Notes: generated by a model from the letters alone, not told the origin. Counted from the first letter of the stretch, positions 9,004 to 21,208 are shown. The stretch is 44,123 nucleotides of DNA from an uncultured Streptomyces sp. (GCA_964625665.1 CAZVDN010000001.1:15082-59204), one strand, 5' to 3'. Program-made: numbers and translations.

Positions 9004-10320
9004 TTGCCAGTGCGCACTTTCACGACTGCCGTCTGCCTCCTATTCGCCATGGCGTTTGCGCATTGCGCGCAGGCGCAGGACCGCCCGCGCACCAAGATAG
9101 TCCTGCTCGACCGCATTATCGCGGTGGTCAACGATCAGGTGATCACCCGGCGCGACCTCGACGAGCGCGTCAGCGGCGTGCTTTCCAGAATGCGCGAGCA
9201 GGGCACACCGCTGCCGCCCAGCGATGTGCTCGAGCGCCAGGTGCTTGAACGCATGATCCAGACGCGTGTGCAATTGCAGTTCGCGCGCGACACCGGTCTG
9301 AGGGTCGATGACGCCATGCTCGACAGCACCATCGCGCGCATTGCCGCCAACAACAAGATTACGGTTCAGGAAATGCGCAGCGCGATCGAACGGGACGGCA
9401 TTCCGTTTGCCAAATACCGCGACGATCTGCGCGATGAAATCATCACTGCGCGGCTGCGCGAGCGTGAGGTCGACAGCAAAATCCAGATCGCCGACAGCGA
9501 AGTCGACAATTTCCTCAATACGCTGCAGCAGCAGGAAAGCCGCAGCGAAGAATTCAATCTGTCACATATTCTTATCCGCGTCCCGGAACAGGCCAGCCCC
9601 GAGCAACTGCATGAACGCCGCAAACGCGCTGAAGCTGCACTGGCGCAAATCAAAAACGGCGCCGATTTCCGGCAAATCGCCGCCGGCTTGTCCGATGCGC
9701 CGGACGCGGTACAGGGCGGTTTGATGGGTTGGCGCGAATTCGTCCAGCTGCCGACCCTGTTTGCCGACGGTGTGAAGTCCCTCAAAGCCGGCGGCATCAC
9801 CCCGGTTCTGCGCAGCGCCGCCGGCTTTCACATCATTCGCGTCAATGACCGCCGCGGCCATACCGAATCGGCAATGGTCACGCAAACCCGTGCGCGGCAC
9901 ATTCTGATCAAGACCAGCGAACTGGTATCGGAAAACGAAGCCAAGGAGCGGATACTCAAGCTGCTCGAACGCGTCGAAAACAAGGCCGACTTCGCTGAAG
10001 TGGCGCGCCTGCAGTCCGAAGACGCCAGCGCAGCAAAAGGCGGTGACCTCGGCTGGCTGTCGCCCGGCGACACCGTGCCTGAATTCGAGCGCGCAATGGA
10101 TGCGCTGAAACCGGGCCAGATCAGCAGCGCTGTGCGCTCACCTTTCGGCTGGCACATCATCCAGGTCGTCGAACGCCGCAGCGAGGACATGTCGCAGCAA
10201 CAGCAGCGCCTGCGCGCGCGGCAGGCGCTGCGCGAGCAGAAGTCTGAAGAGGCTTATCTGGAATGGACACGGCAGCTGCGCGACAGCGCATTTGTCGATA
10301 TCCGGCTTGAAGAAAAATAA
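9004..10320 (+). CDS. surA: Periplasmic chaperone / peptidyl-prolyl isomerase SurA.
   Basis: Signal peptide (...LFAMAFAHCAQAQ), a SurA N-terminal domain and two parvulin domains (SHILIRV...GGLMGW; RHILIKT...GGDLGW). The start is TTG 9004, or GTG 9010 in the same frame. Confidence 0.93.
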   Translation: MPVRTFTTAVCLLFAMAFAHCAQAQDRPRTKIVLLDRIIAVVNDQVITRRDLDERVSGVLSRMREQGTPLPPSDVLERQVLERMIQTRVQLQFARDTGLRVDDAMLDSTIARIAANNKITVQEMRSAIERDGIPFAKYRDDLRDEIITARLREREVDSKIQIADSEVDNFLNTLQQQESRSEEFNLSHILIRVPEQASPEQLHERRKRAEAALAQIKNGADFRQIAAGLSDAPDAVQGGLMGWREFVQLPTLFADGVKSLKAGGITPVLRSAAGFHIIRVNDRRGHTESAMVTQTRARHILIKTSELVSENEAKERILKLLERVENKADFAEVARLQSEDASAAKGGDLGWLSPGDTVPEFERAMDALKPGQISSAVRSPFGWHIIQVVERRSEDMSQQQQRLRARQALREQKSEEAYLEWTRQLRDSAFVDIRLEEK

Positions 10321-11290
10321 TCCTCCGGTCATTGCCCTCACCGCCGGCGAGCCTGCCGGTATCGGGCCCGATTTGTGTGTCCAGCTTGCGCAACAGCCGC
10401 GGCGAGAACAAATCGTTGTCATTGCCAATGCGCGCCTTCTGGAAGAACGCGCCCGCCAGCTGAATCTGCCCTGGCGCAGCCTGCCCGCCAACGCGGTGTC
10501 GCTGGCTGCAGGCGAGATGCCGGTGATGGATATTCCGATGACCACCGCCGTCACGCCCGGCCGCCTCGATCGCGTCAACGCGCCCTATGTATTAAGCACG
10601 CTGGAAGCTGCGCTTGCCGGCTGCCTCGACGGTCGCTTCGACGCAATCGTGACCGCGCCTGTGCACAAGGGCATCATCAATGACGCCGGGGTGCCGTTCA
10701 CCGGCCATACCGAATTTTTCGCCGAGCGCACGCAAACGGCGCAAGTGGTGATGATGCTGATCGGCGGCGGCATGCGCGTCGCGCTTGCCACCACGCATCT
10801 GGCGGTGAAAGACATTGCCGCACACCTCACGCCGGCAAGCCTGGAAACCACGATCCGGATCCTGCACAAAGACATGGTTGAACGTTTTGGTTTTGCCGCG
10901 CCGCGCATGGCCGTCGCCGGACTCAATCCGCACGCCGGAGAATCCGGACATCTGGGCCGCGAAGAAATCGACGTCATCGTTCCGGTGATGGAGAAATTGC
11001 GCGCCGAAGGCATGCAACTCGCCGGGCCCTTGCCTGCCGATACGCTCTTCAATCCGGTGAAATTGAAAGAGTTCGATTGCGTGCTGACCATGTATCACGA
11101 CCAGGGACTGCCGGTGTTGAAGTATGCGAGCTTCGGCCACGGCGTGAATGTCACGCTCGGGCTGCCGGTGATCAGGACCTCGGTCGATCACGGCACGGCA
11201 CTCGACCTCGCCGGCACCGGTAAAGCCGATGCCGGCAGTCTGCACGCGGCCATTGAACTCGCGGCAGCCCTGGCACGCGGTCGCGTCTGA
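10292..11290 (+). CDS. pdxA: 4-hydroxythreonine-4-phosphate dehydrogenase.
   Basis: PdxA motifs are present (IALTAGEPAGIGPD, FTGHTEFF, NPHAGE, TMYHDQGL, RTSVDHGTA). The only start candidates are TTG 10292 or TTG 10307, both overlapping the end of surA, so the start is uncertain. Confidence 0.9.
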   Translation: MSISGLKKNNPPVIALTAGEPAGIGPDLCVQLAQQPRREQIVVIANARLLEERARQLNLPWRSLPANAVSLAAGEMPVMDIPMTTAVTPGRLDRVNAPYVLSTLEAALAGCLDGRFDAIVTAPVHKGIINDAGVPFTGHTEFFAERTQTAQVVMMLIGGGMRVALATTHLAVKDIAAHLTPASLETTIRILHKDMVERFGFAAPRMAVAGLNPHAGESGHLGREEIDVIVPVMEKLRAEGMQLAGPLPADTLFNPVKLKEFDCVLTMYHDQGLPVLKYASFGHGVNVTLGLPVIRTSVDHGTALDLAGTGKADAGSLHAAIELAAALARGRV

Positions 11291-11304
11291 GCGGACGCGT
11301 CACG

Positions 11305-12105
11305 ATGCCGCACCAACCGCGCAAGCGCTTCGGCCAGAATTTTCTGCAGGACAGCGGGGTCATCGCCGACATTCTGCGGGCGCTGAATCCCTCGGCCGGT
11401 GAAAAAATGGTCGAGATCGGTCCAGGGCTCGGCGCATTGACCCGTCCGCTGCTGGCAGCGCTCGGTCATCTGGATGCCATCGAAATCGATCGTGATTTGG
11501 CCGCTGCACTTCGGGAAGAACTGGCGCCGCGCCTGACACTGCATGAAGGCGACGTGCTGGAATTCGATTTTCATGCACTCGGCACCGATCTGCGCATCGT
11601 CGGCAATCTGCCCTACAACATTTCGACACCGCTGCTGTTTCATCTGGCCACCTTCGCGGACGATCTGCGCGACATCCATGTCATGCTGCAAAAAGAGATC
11701 GTCGAGCGCATGGTCGCGGCACCCGGGGACAGCAATTTCAGCCGCCTGTCAGTGATGATTCAATACCGTTTTGCGGTTGAATTGCTGATCGAAGTGCCGC
11801 CGACGGCGTTCCGGCCCGCGCCCAAGGTCGATTCGGCGGTGGTGCGCCTCATTCCGTTGCGACCGCTGCCGCAGGTCGCCGCCGATGAAAAAGTGTTCGC
11901 CCGGGTAGTCGCGGCGGCATTCTCCCAGCGCCGCAAGACGCTGCGCAATTCGCTCGGGTCTGTAATGCAGGCAGCCGATCTGGAGGCCATCGGCATCGCA
12001 CCGACCGCGCGCGCGCAGGAGCTTTCGGTGGCGCAATTCGTGGCGATTGCCGACTTCGTCGCGCAATCGGCAAGGACGAAGGTTACATCGAGCCCTTCTG
12101 AATAA
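11305..12105 (+). CDS. rsmA: 16S rRNA (adenine1518/1519-N6)-dimethyltransferase.
   Basis: KRFGQNFL N-terminus, SAM-binding motif [11 protein letters not shown], and the NLPYNISTP motif. Confidence 0.95.
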   Translation: MPHQPRKRFGQNFLQDSGVIADILRALNPSAGEKMVEIGPGLGALTRPLLAALGHLDAIEIDRDLAAALREELAPRLTLHEGDVLEFDFHALGTDLRIVGNLPYNISTPLLFHLATFADDLRDIHVMLQKEIVERMVAAPGDSNFSRLSVMIQYRFAVELLIEVPPTAFRPAPKVDSAVVRLIPLRPLPQVAADEKVFARVVAAAFSQRRKTLRNSLGSVMQAADLEAIGIAPTARAQELSVAQFVAIADFVAQSARTKVTSSPSE

Positions 12106-12472
12106 ACTCGATCTTGTAACCGTCCGGATCTTCGACAAATGCAATGACCGTAGTGCCGTGTTTCATCGGCCCGGCCTCTCGCGTCACCTTGCCGCCACGC
12201 CGCCGGACTTCGTCGCACGCGGCCGCCGCATCGTCGACCTCGACAGCGACATGACCGTAACCCTTGCCGAGATCGTAACTGGCGGTGTCCCAGTTGTGGG
12301 TCAACTCGAGAACTGCGGCACGCGACTCATCTTCATAACCGACGAATACATTGGTAAACCGCCCGTCCGGATAGTCCTTGCGCCGCAGTTCGCGCATGCC
12401 GAGTACTTTGGTGTAAAACTCGAGCGAGCGCTCGAGGTTGCCCACCCGGATCATGGTGTGAAGAATTCTCAC
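12083..12472 (-). CDS. gloA: Lactoylglutathione lyase (glyoxalase I).
   Basis: [26 protein letters not shown]..., [25 protein letters not shown] place the start at GTG 12472, giving the canonical MRxLHTMxRVG N-terminus, rather than the track start at 12511. Its 3' end overlaps rsmA by 23 nt (convergent). Confidence 0.9.
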   Translation of the reverse strand: MRILHTMIRVGNLERSLEFYTKVLGMRELRRKDYPDGRFTNVFVGYEDESRAAVLELTHNWDTASYDLGKGYGHVAVEVDDAAAACDEVRRRGGKVTREAGPMKHGTTVIAFVEDPDGYKIEFIQKGSM

Positions 12473-12657
12473 ACCTGCACCATCTCGAAATCTTCCTTGC
12501 GCGCACCGCATTCAGGGCAGGTCCAGTTCATCGGCACGTCTTCCCAGCGCGTGCCCGGCGCAATGCCCTCGTCAGGCACCCCCGCGGCCTCGTCATAGAT
12601 ATAGCCGCAGATGAGGCACATATAGGTCTTGAAAACGGTGACGTCGGTGGTGGTCAT
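12469..12657 (-). CDS. Rubredoxin.
   Basis: 62-aa product [23 protein letters not shown]...[16 protein letters not shown] with the two CxxCG iron-binding knuckles. The track ORF (123 aa) has an implausible Arg-rich extension, and the real ATG is at 12657. The stop TGA overlaps the gloA GTG (GTGA). Confidence 0.9.
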   Translation of the reverse strand: MTTTDVTVFKTYMCLICGYIYDEAAGVPDEGIAPGTRWEDVPMNWTCPECGARKEDFEMVQV

Positions 12658-12734
12658 GATAAACGGCGCATTCGGAAGGTTTGGGCTAAAATAACATTTT
12701 AGCGACGCAACGCTGATCTGAACACCACGTCCTG

Positions 12735-13574
12735 ATGGAATCATCCGAGACCACCGCGTTGCCCCCGATCGTCCTTGCCTTTGCTGCGACCGACCCCAGC
12801 GGCGGGGCCGGCCTGCAGGCCGATGTCCTGACACTGGCAAGCATGGGTTGTCATCCGCTCAGCGTTGTCACCGCGGCGACCATCCAGGACACCATGGGCG
12901 TCGAAGACATCATGGCGCTGGATCCCGAATGGGTTGCCGATCAGGCGCGCTGCGTGCTCGAAGACATGCCGGTCACCGCGATCAAGATCGGCGTCATCGG
13001 CAGCATTGAAAACATCACCGCCATTGCCGAAGTCGTTTCGGACTATCCCGAGGTTCCGCTGGTGCTCGATCCGGTGCTGGCGTCCGGTCGCGGCGATGAA
13101 TTCGCCACTGACGAAATGATTACGGCGTTGCGCGAACTGTTGATTCCGCAAACGACGATCATCACACCCAACAGCATCGAAGCGCGCCGCCTCGTCCAGG
13201 AAGACGGCGAAGAGGACCTCGATCTCGCCGAATGCGCGCGACGTTTGCTCGCGCTCGGTTGCGAGTTCGTGCTGATCACCGGCACCCATGAGAACACCAC
13301 GCAGGTCGTCAACACGCTCTACAGCCAGGACGGCGTCGTGCGCACCGACAGCTGGGAACGCCTGCCCGGCTCCTATCACGGCTCCGGATGCACGCTGGCA
13401 TCGGCCATCGCGGCGACCATCGCCAACGGACTCAATATCAGTGACGCGGTCAAGGATGCGCAGGAATACACCTGGCAAACGCTGAAGGCCGCATTCCGGC
13501 CGGGCATGGGACAACACATCCCCGACCGCCTCTTCTGGGCGCGCGAAGATGATCCCGCAGAAGAAGGCAATTAA
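12735..13574 (+). CDS. thiD: Hydroxymethylpyrimidine / phosphomethylpyrimidine kinase.
   Basis: DPSGGAGLQADV, AIKIGV, and the HGSGCTLASAIAA anion-hole motif of the ribokinase-fold ThiD family. It is followed by thiE. Confidence 0.92.
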   Translation: MESSETTALPPIVLAFAATDPSGGAGLQADVLTLASMGCHPLSVVTAATIQDTMGVEDIMALDPEWVADQARCVLEDMPVTAIKIGVIGSIENITAIAEVVSDYPEVPLVLDPVLASGRGDEFATDEMITALRELLIPQTTIITPNSIEARRLVQEDGEEDLDLAECARRLLALGCEFVLITGTHENTTQVVNTLYSQDGVVRTDSWERLPGSYHGSGCTLASAIAATIANGLNISDAVKDAQEYTWQTLKAAFRPGMGQHIPDRLFWAREDDPAEEGN

Positions 13575-14187
13575 GGGGCTCTACGCGGTCACGCCGGACA
13601 CCGCGGACACCGCGCTGCTGCAATCGATGACTGCCGCCGCCATCAGGGGCGGCGCGGGCATCGTCCAATACCGCAATAAAACGGCCTCGCCCGCGCTGCG
13701 TCGCACACAGGCGCAGGCCCTGCTGGACGTCTGCAATCAACTCGGCGCAATGCTGCTCATCAATGATCACGTCGATCTGGCGGTGGAAATCGGCGCCCAT
13801 GGGGCACACATCGGCGGCGGCGACGGCTCGCTGGAACAGGCGCGCAAATGCCTCGGCGACAGCCGGATTATCGGCGTGTCCTGCTACAAGGAACTGGCGC
13901 GTGCCGAAGCCGCCGCCGAAGGCGGCGCCGATTACATCGCGTTTGGCAGCTTTTACGCGTCCAGCGTAAAACCTTCCGCCGTACGCGCGCCGTTGTCCCT
14001 GCTGGGCGTTGCCCGCGTATACGGTCTGCCGATCGTGGCGATCGGCGGCATTACACCGGACAATGCGGGTGCGCTGATCGCTGCCGGTGCCGACGCTGTC
14101 GCTGTCATTTCCGCACTGTATTCGGCGCCGGACATTGCTGCGGCAGCGAAAAATTTTTGTCAATTGTTTGAAGCGAACCCATCATGA
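13549..14187 (+). CDS. thiE: Thiamine-phosphate synthase.
   Basis: [42 protein letters not shown] motifs. It overlaps thiD by 26 nt and shares ATGA with hemL. Confidence 0.9.
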   Translation: MIPQKKAIKGLYAVTPDTADTALLQSMTAAAIRGGAGIVQYRNKTASPALRRTQAQALLDVCNQLGAMLLINDHVDLAVEIGAHGAHIGGGDGSLEQARKCLGDSRIIGVSCYKELARAEAAAEGGADYIAFGSFYASSVKPSAVRAPLSLLGVARVYGLPIVAIGGITPDNAGALIAAGADAVAVISALYSAPDIAAAAKNFCQLFEANPS

Positions 14188-15479
14188 CGTCACGCAACGA
14201 TGCCTTGTTTGCCGCCGCGCAGGCGGTCACCCCCGGCGGGGTCAATTCCCCCGTCCGCGCGTTCCGCTCCGTCGGCGGCACGCCGAAGTTCTTTTCGCGC
14301 GGCAGCGGCGCGCGCTTCTGGGATGCTGACGAGAAAGCCTATATCGATTACGTCGGGTCCTGGGGACCGTTGATTCTCGGACACGCCCATCCGGCGGTCG
14401 TGCACGCCGTTCAGGCCGCCGCTGCAAACGGACTGAGTTTCGGCGCACCGACCGCCGCAGAGGTCGAGCTGGCGACGCTGCTTTGCAAGCGCGTTCCGGG
14501 CGTTGAGCAGATCCGCCTCGTCAGTTCGGGCACTGAAGCCACCATGAGTGCGATCCGCCTGGCGCGCGGATTTACCGGCCGCTCGAAGATCGTCAAATTT
14601 GAAGGCTGTTATCACGGACATGCCGATTCGTTGTTGGTCAAAGCAGGCTCTGGCGCACTCACCTTCGGCAATCCCAGTTCGGCAGGCGTGCCGCCGGAAA
14701 CCGCCGCGCATACCTTGGTGCTCGACTACAACAACGCTGAAATGCTCGAAGCAGCGTTTGCCCGCGATGGCGACAGCATTGCCTGCATCATCGTCGAAGC
14801 CGTCGCCGGCAACATGAATCTGGTCGCGCCCAAAAGGGAATTTCTCGATGCCTGCCGTGCACTATGCACACGTCATGGCAGCGTGTTGATCTTCGATGAG
14901 GTGATGACCGGCTTTCGCGTCGGCCCGGCCGGCGCGCAGGGCCTGTTCGGCATCACCGCAGACCTGGTCACGCTCGGCAAGGTCATCGGCGGCGGCATGC
15001 CGCTGGGGGCATTTGGCGGGCGCCGCGATATCATGAAATCGGTCGCGCCGCTCGGCCCCGTCTATCAGGCAGGCACGCTGTCCGGCAATCCGGTTGCGGT
15101 CGCGGCAGGCCTGGCCACGCTTGAACAGATCGCCGCCCCCGGTTTTTTCGATCGCCTGACGGCACAAACCCAAAAACTGGTCGATGGCCTGAACGCCGCG
15201 GCGGCGCAATCAGGTGTGGTGTTTTCGGCACAGTCCGTCGGCGGCATGTTCGGGCTTTACTTCCGCAAAAGTCCGCCGCAGTCGTATGCCGAAGTCATGC
15301 AATGCGATGCGCCGGCCTTCAATCGGTTTTTTCACGCCATGCTGGATAGCGGTATTTATTTCGCGCCTTCGGCATTCGAGGCCGGGTTCGTATCGGCAGC
15401 CCATGGCGACGCGGAGATCGACGAAACCATTGGCGCAGCGCTCAAGTATTTTTCTTCGTTACCGGCGCGCAGCGCCTAA
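14184..15479 (+). CDS. hemL: Glutamate-1-semialdehyde 2,1-aminomutase.
   Basis: 431-aa class-III aminotransferase. Motifs: [33 protein letters not shown], and the PLP-lysine region [16 protein letters not shown]. Confidence 0.95.
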   Translation: MTSRNDALFAAAQAVTPGGVNSPVRAFRSVGGTPKFFSRGSGARFWDADEKAYIDYVGSWGPLILGHAHPAVVHAVQAAAANGLSFGAPTAAEVELATLLCKRVPGVEQIRLVSSGTEATMSAIRLARGFTGRSKIVKFEGCYHGHADSLLVKAGSGALTFGNPSSAGVPPETAAHTLVLDYNNAEMLEAAFARDGDSIACIIVEAVAGNMNLVAPKREFLDACRALCTRHGSVLIFDEVMTGFRVGPAGAQGLFGITADLVTLGKVIGGGMPLGAFGGRRDIMKSVAPLGPVYQAGTLSGNPVAVAAGLATLEQIAAPGFFDRLTAQTQKLVDGLNAAAAQSGVVFSAQSVGGMFGLYFRKSPPQSYAEVMQCDAPAFNRFFHAMLDSGIYFAPSAFEAGFVSAAHGDAEIDETIGAALKYFSSLPARSA

Positions 15480-15481
15480 AT

Positions 15482-15513
15482 AAAAAAACGGGCAGCATAG
15501 CTGCCCGTTTTTT
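15482..15513. terminator. Bidirectional intrinsic terminator between the convergent genes hemL and cytochrome c4.
   Basis: AAAAAAA-CGGGCAGC-ata-GCTGCCCG-TTTTTT. It has an 8-bp GC-rich stem (15489-15496 / 15500-15507) flanked by an A-tract and a T-tract, so it reads as a terminator on both strands. Confidence 0.85.
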
Positions 15514-15537
15514 AAAAATTTTTACGGTATTTCCGGG

Positions 15538-16155
15538 TTAGCGCAGGCCGGCGATATATTCGGCAACCGCCTTGATTTCCACATCGGAAAGTTTGGCAGC
15601 CACGCCACGCATCATCTTGTTCGGATCGTTGGCACGCTCACCGCTGCGGAACGACATCAGCTGTGCGGCCGTGTATTCGGCATGCTGCCCCGCAAGGCGA
15701 GGATACTGCGCGGGAATACCGGCGCCGTTCGGGCCATGGCAGGACGTGCAGGCAGCAATGCCCTTGGACATCACACCGCCGCGATAAATCTGCTGCCCGA
15801 CTTTGACCAGTTCGGGGTCCTTCGCCACGCGCGGTTTCGCTTTCTGCTGCTGGAAATACTCACCCAGCTTTTTCATGTCTTCCGGAGACAGGGTCGAAGC
15901 CATGCCCAGCATCACGGGATTCTTGCGTTCGCCCGATTTGAAATTCGCCAGCTGCTTGGCGGTATACTCGGCATGCTGGCCCGCGAGAATCGGATTGGCC
16001 GGCGCGGCACTGTTTCCATCACTGGCATGGCAGGCCGAGCAGACTTTGGCGACAATCTGGTCAGCGCCATCGGTCTTGGCGGCAGGCTCTGCGGCGCGGG
16101 CGATTGCGAAGTGGCCCATGGTCATCGCGACCATCACCAGGGTCATTAATCTCAT
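15538..16155 (-). CDS. Dihaem cytochrome c4.
   Basis: Two CxxCH haem-binding motifs (CSACH and CTSCH), each followed downstream by a Met ligand region. The signal peptide MRLMTLVMVAMTMGHFAIARA starts at ATG 16155 and is preceded by AAGGAGAA. It is divergent from engB, as in the Pseudomonas cc4/yihA arrangement. Confidence 0.9.
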   Translation of the reverse strand: MRLMTLVMVAMTMGHFAIARAAEPAAKTDGADQIVAKVCSACHASDGNSAAPANPILAGQHAEYTAKQLANFKSGERKNPVMLGMASTLSPEDMKKLGEYFQQQKAKPRVAKDPELVKVGQQIYRGGVMSKGIAACTSCHGPNGAGIPAQYPRLAGQHAEYTAAQLMSFRSGERANDPNKMMRGVAAKLSDVEIKAVAEYIAGLR

Positions 16156-16251
16156 GCGTTCTCCTTGCTTTCCTGTCACGTGACGATTGCAACGTGATGA
16201 AAACACCGTATTCTATCGAAATCCCCTTTTTCCGGCTAGGCGGCGGCACCG

Positions 16252-16851
16252 ATGTCCCTGTTTCGCAATATTGAATTTCTGACGACGGTCGCAGATACGC
16301 GAACGTTGCCGCCGGCGCAAGGCGCGGAAGTCGCATTTGTCGGCCGCTCCAATGCGGGCAAGTCGAGTGCGATCAATGCCCTCGCCAACCGCAAACGCAT
16401 GGCCTTCGTCAGCAAAACGCCGGGGCGCACCCAGCACATCAACTTTTTCACCGTCGGTCCCGACCAGTTTCTGGTCGATTTGCCGGGTTACGGTTATGCA
16501 GCGGTGCCGGCCGCCGAGCGCGACCGCTGGAACGAGCTCATCGGCGGCTATCTGCAAGCCCGCGAATCGTTACGTGGCGTAGTCCTCATCATGGATGCGC
16601 GGCATCCGCTGGGGGTGCTCGATTATCAATTGCTCGACTGGCTGAAGCCGACCGGTGTGCCGGTGCACGTATTGCTGAGCAAATCTGACAAGCTGGGCCG
16701 GCAGGAATCTATGGCAACACTGAAGCAGGTTTGTGCGGCGCTGAAGGCGCTGGACAAAAACTACAGTGCACAACTCTTTTCGAGCCTGCGCAAAATCGGT
16801 ATCTTGGAGGCCAGCAAACAAATTGGCGGATGGCTTGATCCGCGCAACAGA

Positions 16852-16872
<21 letters not shown>
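16252..16872 (+). CDS. engB: Ribosome-biogenesis GTPase EngB/YihA.
   Basis: G1 motif [15 protein letters not shown]3 motif DLPGYG, G4 motif LSKSDK. Confidence 0.92.
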
Positions 16873-18651
<1,779 letters not shown>

Positions 18652-18666
18652 GTTTCAGCGACCGGT

Positions 18667-20991
18667 CTAGAACAACTGGCCTTTGACATCATCGGCCGGC
18701 TTGCCCGGCGAAGCGCCCATGGGTGAACTGTCACCATCGCGTTCGGGCGGCAGGAATTCCTGGTAAAAATATTCCGGAATTCCTCTGCCATCTGATTCGC
18801 GCAATCCGCTGTCCGGATTGATGCGCACCTGCACGACCCCCTCGGGCACAGCCTTCGGCGCTTCTTCGACACCTTTCAATGCTTTGCCCATGTAGGTAAT
18901 CCACATCGGCAATGCGGCCTGCGACCCTGTTTCGTTGTGGCCCAGCGTATGCGGATTGTCATAACCGATCCACGCCACGGCAACCAGCCCGCTACCGAAA
19001 CCGCAGAACCACGCATCAACGAATTCATTGGTCGTACCTGTTTTGCCGGCAAGGTCATTGCGCCCGAGCTGCATTGCGCGCGTTGCCGTACCTGCACGCA
19101 CCACGTCCTGGAGGATGCTGGTCATGATAAATGCATTGCGCGAATCAATCGCGCGTTCGGCGCCCTCGCCGGCGCGATCAGGCCGCGCCTGCGCGACAAT
19201 GTTTCCCTTGGCGTCCTCAATGCGCGAAATGAAATAGGGCGTAACCCTGAAACCGCCGTTTGCAAAAACCGCGTAACCGCCAACCATCTGCATCGGCGTT
19301 GCATTGCCCGCGCCCAGCGCCATGGTCAGATAGGGCGGATGATATTTGGCCTCGAATCCAAACCGGGTAATGTAGTCCTGTGCATATTGCGGCGTAATTG
19401 ATTGCAATATGCGCACTGATACCAGATTTTTGGACTTCGTGAGTGCGGTGCGCAGACGCATCGGCCCTTCGAATTTACCGTCGAAATTTTTCGGCTCCCA
19501 GGGTTCCGAACCCGTCTGGCTTGCATCAAACGTCAGCGGAGAATCATTGATGATCGTCGCCGGGGTGAAGCCTTTTTCCAGCGCTGCCGAATAGATGAAC
19601 GGCTTGAAACTCGAACCGGGTTGCCGCAATGCCTGTGTGACGTGATTGTATTTATTGCGGTTGAAATCAAAACCGCCGATAAGCGCCCGGACTGCACCGT
19701 CCGCCGGATCAAGCGAAACCAGAGCCGCTTCGGCCTGCGGCAACTGCGAAATGCCCCACTGGCCTTTTTCATCCTTCTGCACGCGGATGACGGCGCCGCG
19801 CCGCAAACGCTGATTGGCCGGCGCTTTGTCGCCGATCATCTTCTGCGCAAACTTCAGGCCCTCGCCGGTGATTTCAAAAGTTTCGCCGCCCTTGCGGTAG
19901 ACCTTGACCGCGCGCGCGCTGACGTCCAGCACGAGTGCCGGATAAATGTCATCGCTTTCACTTTCGTCCTGCAACGCGTCTTCGAAATCTTCCTCGCCTG
20001 GCGAAGGGCCGAGTTCGGCATAACTCTCTGCGCCGCGATAACCGCGGCGGCGGTCGTATTCAATCACGCCCTTGCGCACGGCCACGTGGGCCGCTTCTTG
20101 GTGATTGACCGACAACGTCGTATGCACGCGAAAACCGCTTGTGTATGCCTCGTCCTTGAATCGGTCATACATGATCTGCCTGACCATTTCTGAAAAATGA
20201 TCTGCTTTGACCGAGTATTCGTTTACATATTTTTTGACAGCGAGAACCTGCTTGTCCGCCGACTGCCACTGGTCATCCGTAATGAACCCGAGTTCGCGCA
20301 TCCGGCGCAGAACGTACTGCTGGCGCAATTTTGCGCGTTTGGGATTGACCACCGGGTTAAAACTGGAAGGCGCTTTCGGCAGTCCGGCCAGCATCGCCAT
20401 TTCAGCGAGCGAGATCTGTTCCAGCGGTTTGCCGAAATAAATCTGCGCCGCCGCGGCAAAACCGTAGGCGCGCTGCCCGAGATAAATCTGGTTTATATAG
20501 AGTTCAAGAATCTGATCCTTGCTCAGGCTGTGCTCGATCTTGAAAGCCAGCAGCACTTCGGTAAATTTGCGGGTCAGCGTTTTTTCCTTTGAGAGAAAGA
20601 AATTTCTCGCCACCTGCATGGTGATCGTGCTGGCGCCCTGACGGGCGCCGCCTGAGACGAAATTGGACAGGGCCGCCCTGAGCACGCCCAGATAATCAAC
20701 ACCGCCGTGCTGATAAAAACGTTCGTCTTCGGCCGCCAGAATGGCTTCGCGCATGCCCTTGGGAACCGCTTCAATTTTGACAATGGCCCGGCGCTCTTCG
20801 CCGAACTCGCCAATGAGCTGTCCTTCGACACTGAAGATGCGCAGCGGAACCTTGGGCTGATAATCCGTCAACACGCTCAAATCGGGCAGCGAGGGTGAAA
20901 CAATAATCGCTGCAAAAACAATGACTAACGCAGCGGCCGCTGCGCCGCCAACGAGCAAAGTCAAAGGAAAAACCCACCATCGATTAAACAT
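18667..20991 (-). CDS. mrcA: Penicillin-binding protein 1A (bifunctional glycosyltransferase / transpeptidase).
   Basis: 774 aa with an N-terminal TM anchor. GT51 motifs are EDERFYQHGGVD, GASTITMQVARN and RKFTE. Transpeptidase motifs are SSFKP (SxxK) and KTGTT. It is divergent from pilM, the classical ponA/pilMNOPQ arrangement. Confidence 0.95.
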   Translation of the reverse strand: MFNRWWVFPLTLLVGGAAAAALVIVFAAIIVSPSLPDLSVLTDYQPKVPLRIFSVEGQLIGEFGEERRAIVKIEAVPKGMREAILAAEDERFYQHGGVDYLGVLRAALSNFVSGGARQGASTITMQVARNFFLSKEKTLTRKFTEVLLAFKIEHSLSKDQILELYINQIYLGQRAYGFAAAAQIYFGKPLEQISLAEMAMLAGLPKAPSSFNPVVNPKRAKLRQQYVLRRMRELGFITDDQWQSADKQVLAVKKYVNEYSVKADHFSEMVRQIMYDRFKDEAYTSGFRVHTTLSVNHQEAAHVAVRKGVIEYDRRRGYRGAESYAELGPSPGEEDFEDALQDESESDDIYPALVLDVSARAVKVYRKGGETFEITGEGLKFAQKMIGDKAPANQRLRRGAVIRVQKDEKGQWGISQLPQAEAALVSLDPADGAVRALIGGFDFNRNKYNHVTQALRQPGSSFKPFIYSAALEKGFTPATIINDSPLTFDASQTGSEPWEPKNFDGKFEGPMRLRTALTKSKNLVSVRILQSITPQYAQDYITRFGFEAKYHPPYLTMALGAGNATPMQMVGGYAVFANGGFRVTPYFISRIEDAKGNIVAQARPDRAGEGAERAIDSRNAFIMTSILQDVVRAGTATRAMQLGRNDLAGKTGTTNEFVDAWFCGFGSGLVAVAWIGYDNPHTLGHNETGSQAALPMWITYMGKALKGVEEAPKAVPEGVVQVRINPDSGLRESDGRGIPEYFYQEFLPPERDGDSSPMGASPGKPADDVKGQLF

Positions 20992-21156
20992 GAGCGCCAG
21001 GAAACTGCCATGAATTGTTGCAAAATAACAACATCTTAATCAGCTAACTTAAAGCAAAACTTGCGAAAACCAGACGCTCCGGCTTGCCAATTAAGCTATA
21101 TTCAACAAGACCATTATAGACACCGCCATCAGCAAAAAGTAGGCACTGGGAAAAAC

Positions 21157-21185
21157 TTTACTTGCCCGAAGCTTGTTGATAGTAT
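21157..21185 (+). promoter_or_regulatory. Candidate sigma70 promoter for pilMNOPQ (TTTACT-N17-TAGTAT).
   Basis: Hexamers at 21157-21162 and 21180-21185 in the AT-rich 245-bp mrcA-pilM divergent spacer. Sequence match only. Confidence 0.3.
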
Positions 21186-21190
21186 TTAAT

Positions 21191-21208
21191 GTAAATTGTG
21201 TAAATTGT
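21191..21208 (+). repeat. Perfect tandem 9-mer GTAAATTGT x2 between the candidate -10 and the pilM start.
   Basis: Read directly from the sequence: gtaaattgt gtaaattgt (21191-21199 and 21200-21208), 29 nt upstream of the pilM TTG start. Confidence 0.9.

Noticed and set aside
12658-12734. Possible TPP (THI-box) riboswitch upstream of thiD.
   Set aside because: The spacer is only 77 nt and is shared with the divergent rubredoxin promoter. I cannot find the conserved CUGAGA and ACCUGAUCUGGAUAAUGCCAGCG-like elements.
16175-16184. 10-bp palindrome GTCACGTGAC and the nearby ACGTGA direct repeat in the cytochrome c4/engB divergent spacer.
   Set aside because: Ten-bp perfect palindromes are expected dozens of times in a window this size. 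It does not resemble the FNR/ANR consensus TTGAT-N4-ATCAA, so there is too little support to call it a site.
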